From NCBI GenBank assembly GCA_024137785.1, contig JAHRHZ010000009.1:7522428-7586427 (forward strand): a stretch of DNA of 64,000 nucleotides, read 5' to 3'. The notes below the pieces were generated by a model. It was not told the origin of the DNA and did no database searches. It saw only the letters and a list, made by a program, of their open reading frames with translations. This DNA is from Ginglymostoma cirratum (lineage: Eukaryota). Shown here piece by piece: positions 61,148-64,000 of the stretch; within the stretch, counting starts at the first letter, position 1; each line of letters opens with the position of its first letter. Position numbers and translations under genes: made by a program.

Positions 61148-61472
61148 CATTGTGGCTCAGTGGTTAGCACTGCTGCCTCACAGCACCAGGGACCAGCTTT
61201 GAATCCACCCTCAGGCAACTGTCTGTGTGGAGTTTGCATATTATCCTCATGTCTGTGCGGGTTTCCTCCCACAATCCAAAGATGTGTAGGCTAGGTAGAT
61301 TGGCAATGCTAAATTACCCACACTGTCCAGGGATGTGCAGGCTAGGTGGATTAGCCATGGGAAAAGCAGAGTCACAGGGATAGTGTGGACTGGGAGTGAG
61401 ATGCTCTTCAGACAGTTGGCATGGACTCAATGGGATGAATGGCCTGCTTCCATACTTAGGAATTCTGTGATT
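61148..61472 (+). mobile_element. HE1-type V-SINE
   Basis: gtggctcagtggttagcactgctgcctcacagcaccaggga head, V-domain and tail. Confidence 0.85.
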
Positions 61473-62064
61473 TTGCTTTTCATGAGCTTATAGTGTTTGT
61501 AGAAGTGTTAAAATGTGTCTGTGCTGGATCCTGAAAAGGCAAATACAATTGAGCTTTGGGAGTACCTTAGCATTTTGCCAGGTAAAGCAAAAGACAACTG
61601 TTTTCTGGCTGTTAGTTAGCATTTAAGCAGGGTAGATCCACTCTGTGCCATTTGGATGAAGGTTTTCAGACTTGGATTCCTAAATGATAATAGCAGTGAT
61701 TTTCTTGAAAAAGCTTAATACTTACAATCAGATTTTAAAAACCTTCTGGTAGTGAAAGTGTTAATGTTGTTCTAATGAGATTTAAAGGTTTCCATGTCAC
61801 TTTTCACAGACAAAAGAAGGTCAAGAAATATCGGGCAAATGCTTTGTTGCTAATAACCTTTACTAGTTTTTTCCACTCTTTCCCTGTCACTTCTCCCCGA
61901 AAGAAATTGACCTCCTGAATACCACACTGTTCACCCTCCAGTACTTCACTCAAAGTATATTATTTATCTGCAAACCTTGACAATGAGTATGGGTGAGAAC
62001 TGTAGCTAAATTTGATCTGTCCTAACTCAATGCCTACACAAGTGAAAACCAATGGGTGATGATT

Positions 62065-62179
62065 TGGAACAAAAATAGAAATTGCTGGATAAACTCAGCA
62101 GGTCTGGCGGCATCTGTGGAGAGAAAGCAGGGTTAAATTTTCAGATTTCCAGCGTCTGCTGTTCTTTGTTTTATTTTGA
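62065..62179. mobile_element. Short PLE-derived element
   Basis: agaaattgctggataaactcagcaggtctggcggcatctgtggagagaaagcag; tgatgatt on both sides (possible 8-bp TSD). Confidence 0.65.
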
Positions 62180-63309
62180 TGATGATTCAGAACTGGCTGA
62201 TTCTTACCCCGTCCTCTTGAATTAAAAGACAATGACAGTAACTGAAACATCCCTAATTACACTTACCTGAGGCCAGCAAACTCAGCACAAGCTGGGAGAT
62301 ACCTTGTACTGCATGGACCAGGTGCTCAATTGAACAAACTCACCAAAAAAATCTGAGAACTTCAGCAATCTTAATTTAAGTCAAAACAATCTTCAGCATA
62401 ATCCTAATGCTTTGTGCAATTTTGTTAATGACAAATATGGATTGTGAAAACTGTTTGTAATAAAATTATGTTGTGTTGCTCCTTATGAGATAGTGGAAAT
62501 CTGTAGTTCAAGATAAACAGTTTGGTAGACTATGAGCTTAGAGGCTGATGTCCTTTATTTAGGTCAATTTACTCAAAAATAGCAATTCTGCAAAGATTGT
62601 TGACTGGGGAAGAAATGCTAGCAAATCAGTTGAATTTAGAAGTTCTGATGATTCCTAATTTTCCAAAATTAAACCAGTCAGTGTTGGTGAAAAGATAGCT
62701 TGAAAAGGATATTGTCCTTGTGATGAGCGCTTTCAGGGAAATTACTCAGTCTGCTGAGTAAATTTCACTTCTGCACAGAAAAGTTAAAGCATGTGAGTAT
62801 CTTACTCCTGTCAAGCAAAATAAAAGGGACAGATTTCATCAAAGACTAGCTCATGAGTTGTTTCGTCAAAATGCAGGCAAGTGCATAATTATAGATTTAA
62901 TTAGAAATGAAATATTTCACATAACCTGGAGGAAGAGGGAAGTTTAAACAAAAGCAGACTTTTGAGAGATGTTGGTAAGCTCGTTAGCAAATTGTTACTT
63001 GCTGGTTTAATATTGAAGGCAACTTTCTTCACTGTTCAACATAAGTTGTAAATTTTTCTCGGTGTCCTCTTCTGAAAACAATACACACTGTAATTGCCTG
63101 CTGACAAACTGATTCCATCAACAGCTTCTGAATTATATCTTCTGTATCACTTATTTAGTTGGTCTCATTTGTTCAAATGAGTCCTTGATGTAGCTAGGTT
63201 TCAAATCTGTTAGCCTCCAACTTTTTCTTTTAAACACTGAATATAACTTACTCCACATGTGAGACTGGAATCTTATTGCAAAAGAAAATTAACTAGTTGT
63301 AGATATGGA

Positions 63310-63520
63310 GTAACATAAAAAATAGGAGCTGGGGTAGGTGAATAAGCCCAACAGGCCTGTTTCCCCATTCAGTGCAATCAGGGCTGATCTTCTACCTCAA
63401 GACCACCTTCCTGCATTTCCCTGATACCCGTTGTATCCAAATATCTACTGATTCTGCCTTGAATTTACTGAATGGTTTAATGAACATCCATAGCCCTCAG
63501 AACATTCTGAAGATCTAAAA
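63310..63520 (-). mobile_element. CR1 3' end fragment
   Basis: ataggagctggggtagg..ccattcagtgcaatcagggctgatct, the reverse complement of the CR1 tail. Confidence 0.6.
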
Positions 63521-64000
63521 CCCACCACATGTCCAAAATATTCACATAGATAATTTGGTAGTAATCCTACATTTTCATTAAACTTGAGAGCAGATTCAGT
63601 TTCCTAGCAGTATTAAGACCTTAACCTAGCAGACTGAGATTGGTTAATCATGCAGTCAGTAATGGCTATCATTGTAATGTACTTTTGGTGAAGTTACATG
63701 GAAACATGGGAGAGAATCTGAAGACTTTGCTGTCTTGAAGTTGCATTACTGAGTACACAAGTTACATAGTGAGGTTTAGATTGCACATTTGCCATAAAAT
63801 TAAACGTGCTACTTAAAATATTAAAACTTGGAAAAGCAACTTTCTAAAATCTGCTATCATTGTCAAAAGTTTTTTTGGCAGGGGACTAAAAATGTTGACA
63901 TGATTGCCCCCGGGGAACCTTGGGCACTACAGCAGTGCAATATTTAAATGTTCACACATTTTAATGTAGGATGTTCTCTTGTAATGGACAGATGGAACAG

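Overview
Vertebrate genomic DNA, most likely a shark or other elasmobranch (inferred from HE1-type V-SINEs, Deu-type SINEs, CR1 and Penelope-like repeats). The + strand carries a complete 4-exon ARGLU1 gene (CDS 1985-24695, 260 aa) and, about 26 kb downstream, the promoter and first coding exon of EFNB2 (ephrin-B2). This is the same gene order and orientation I recall for human 13q33. The most striking observation is in ARGLU1. The deeply conserved intron-2 element that controls its intron retention and poison-exon splicing (about 19560-19960) has a second, diverged ~300-nt copy at the start of intron 3 (about 20407-20706), so exon 3 is bracketed by two paralogous elements. Both copies keep the same predicted helices and branch-point-like motifs, and each is followed by a 3' splice site leading into an in-frame stop. 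Other points: a ~21-bp long-range duplex just inside the intron-2 donor; short Penelope-derived insertions with 12-16 bp target-site duplications and decayed hammerhead-ribozyme cores; a Gypsy LTR/PBS/gag remnant plus a related solo LTR; a 44-bp two-subtype minisatellite; a broad CpG-retaining domain with CSL/RBPJ sites around EFNB2; and two 400-N gaps flanked by inverted repeats. All alignments and folds were done by eye, and comparisons to human sequence are from memory.
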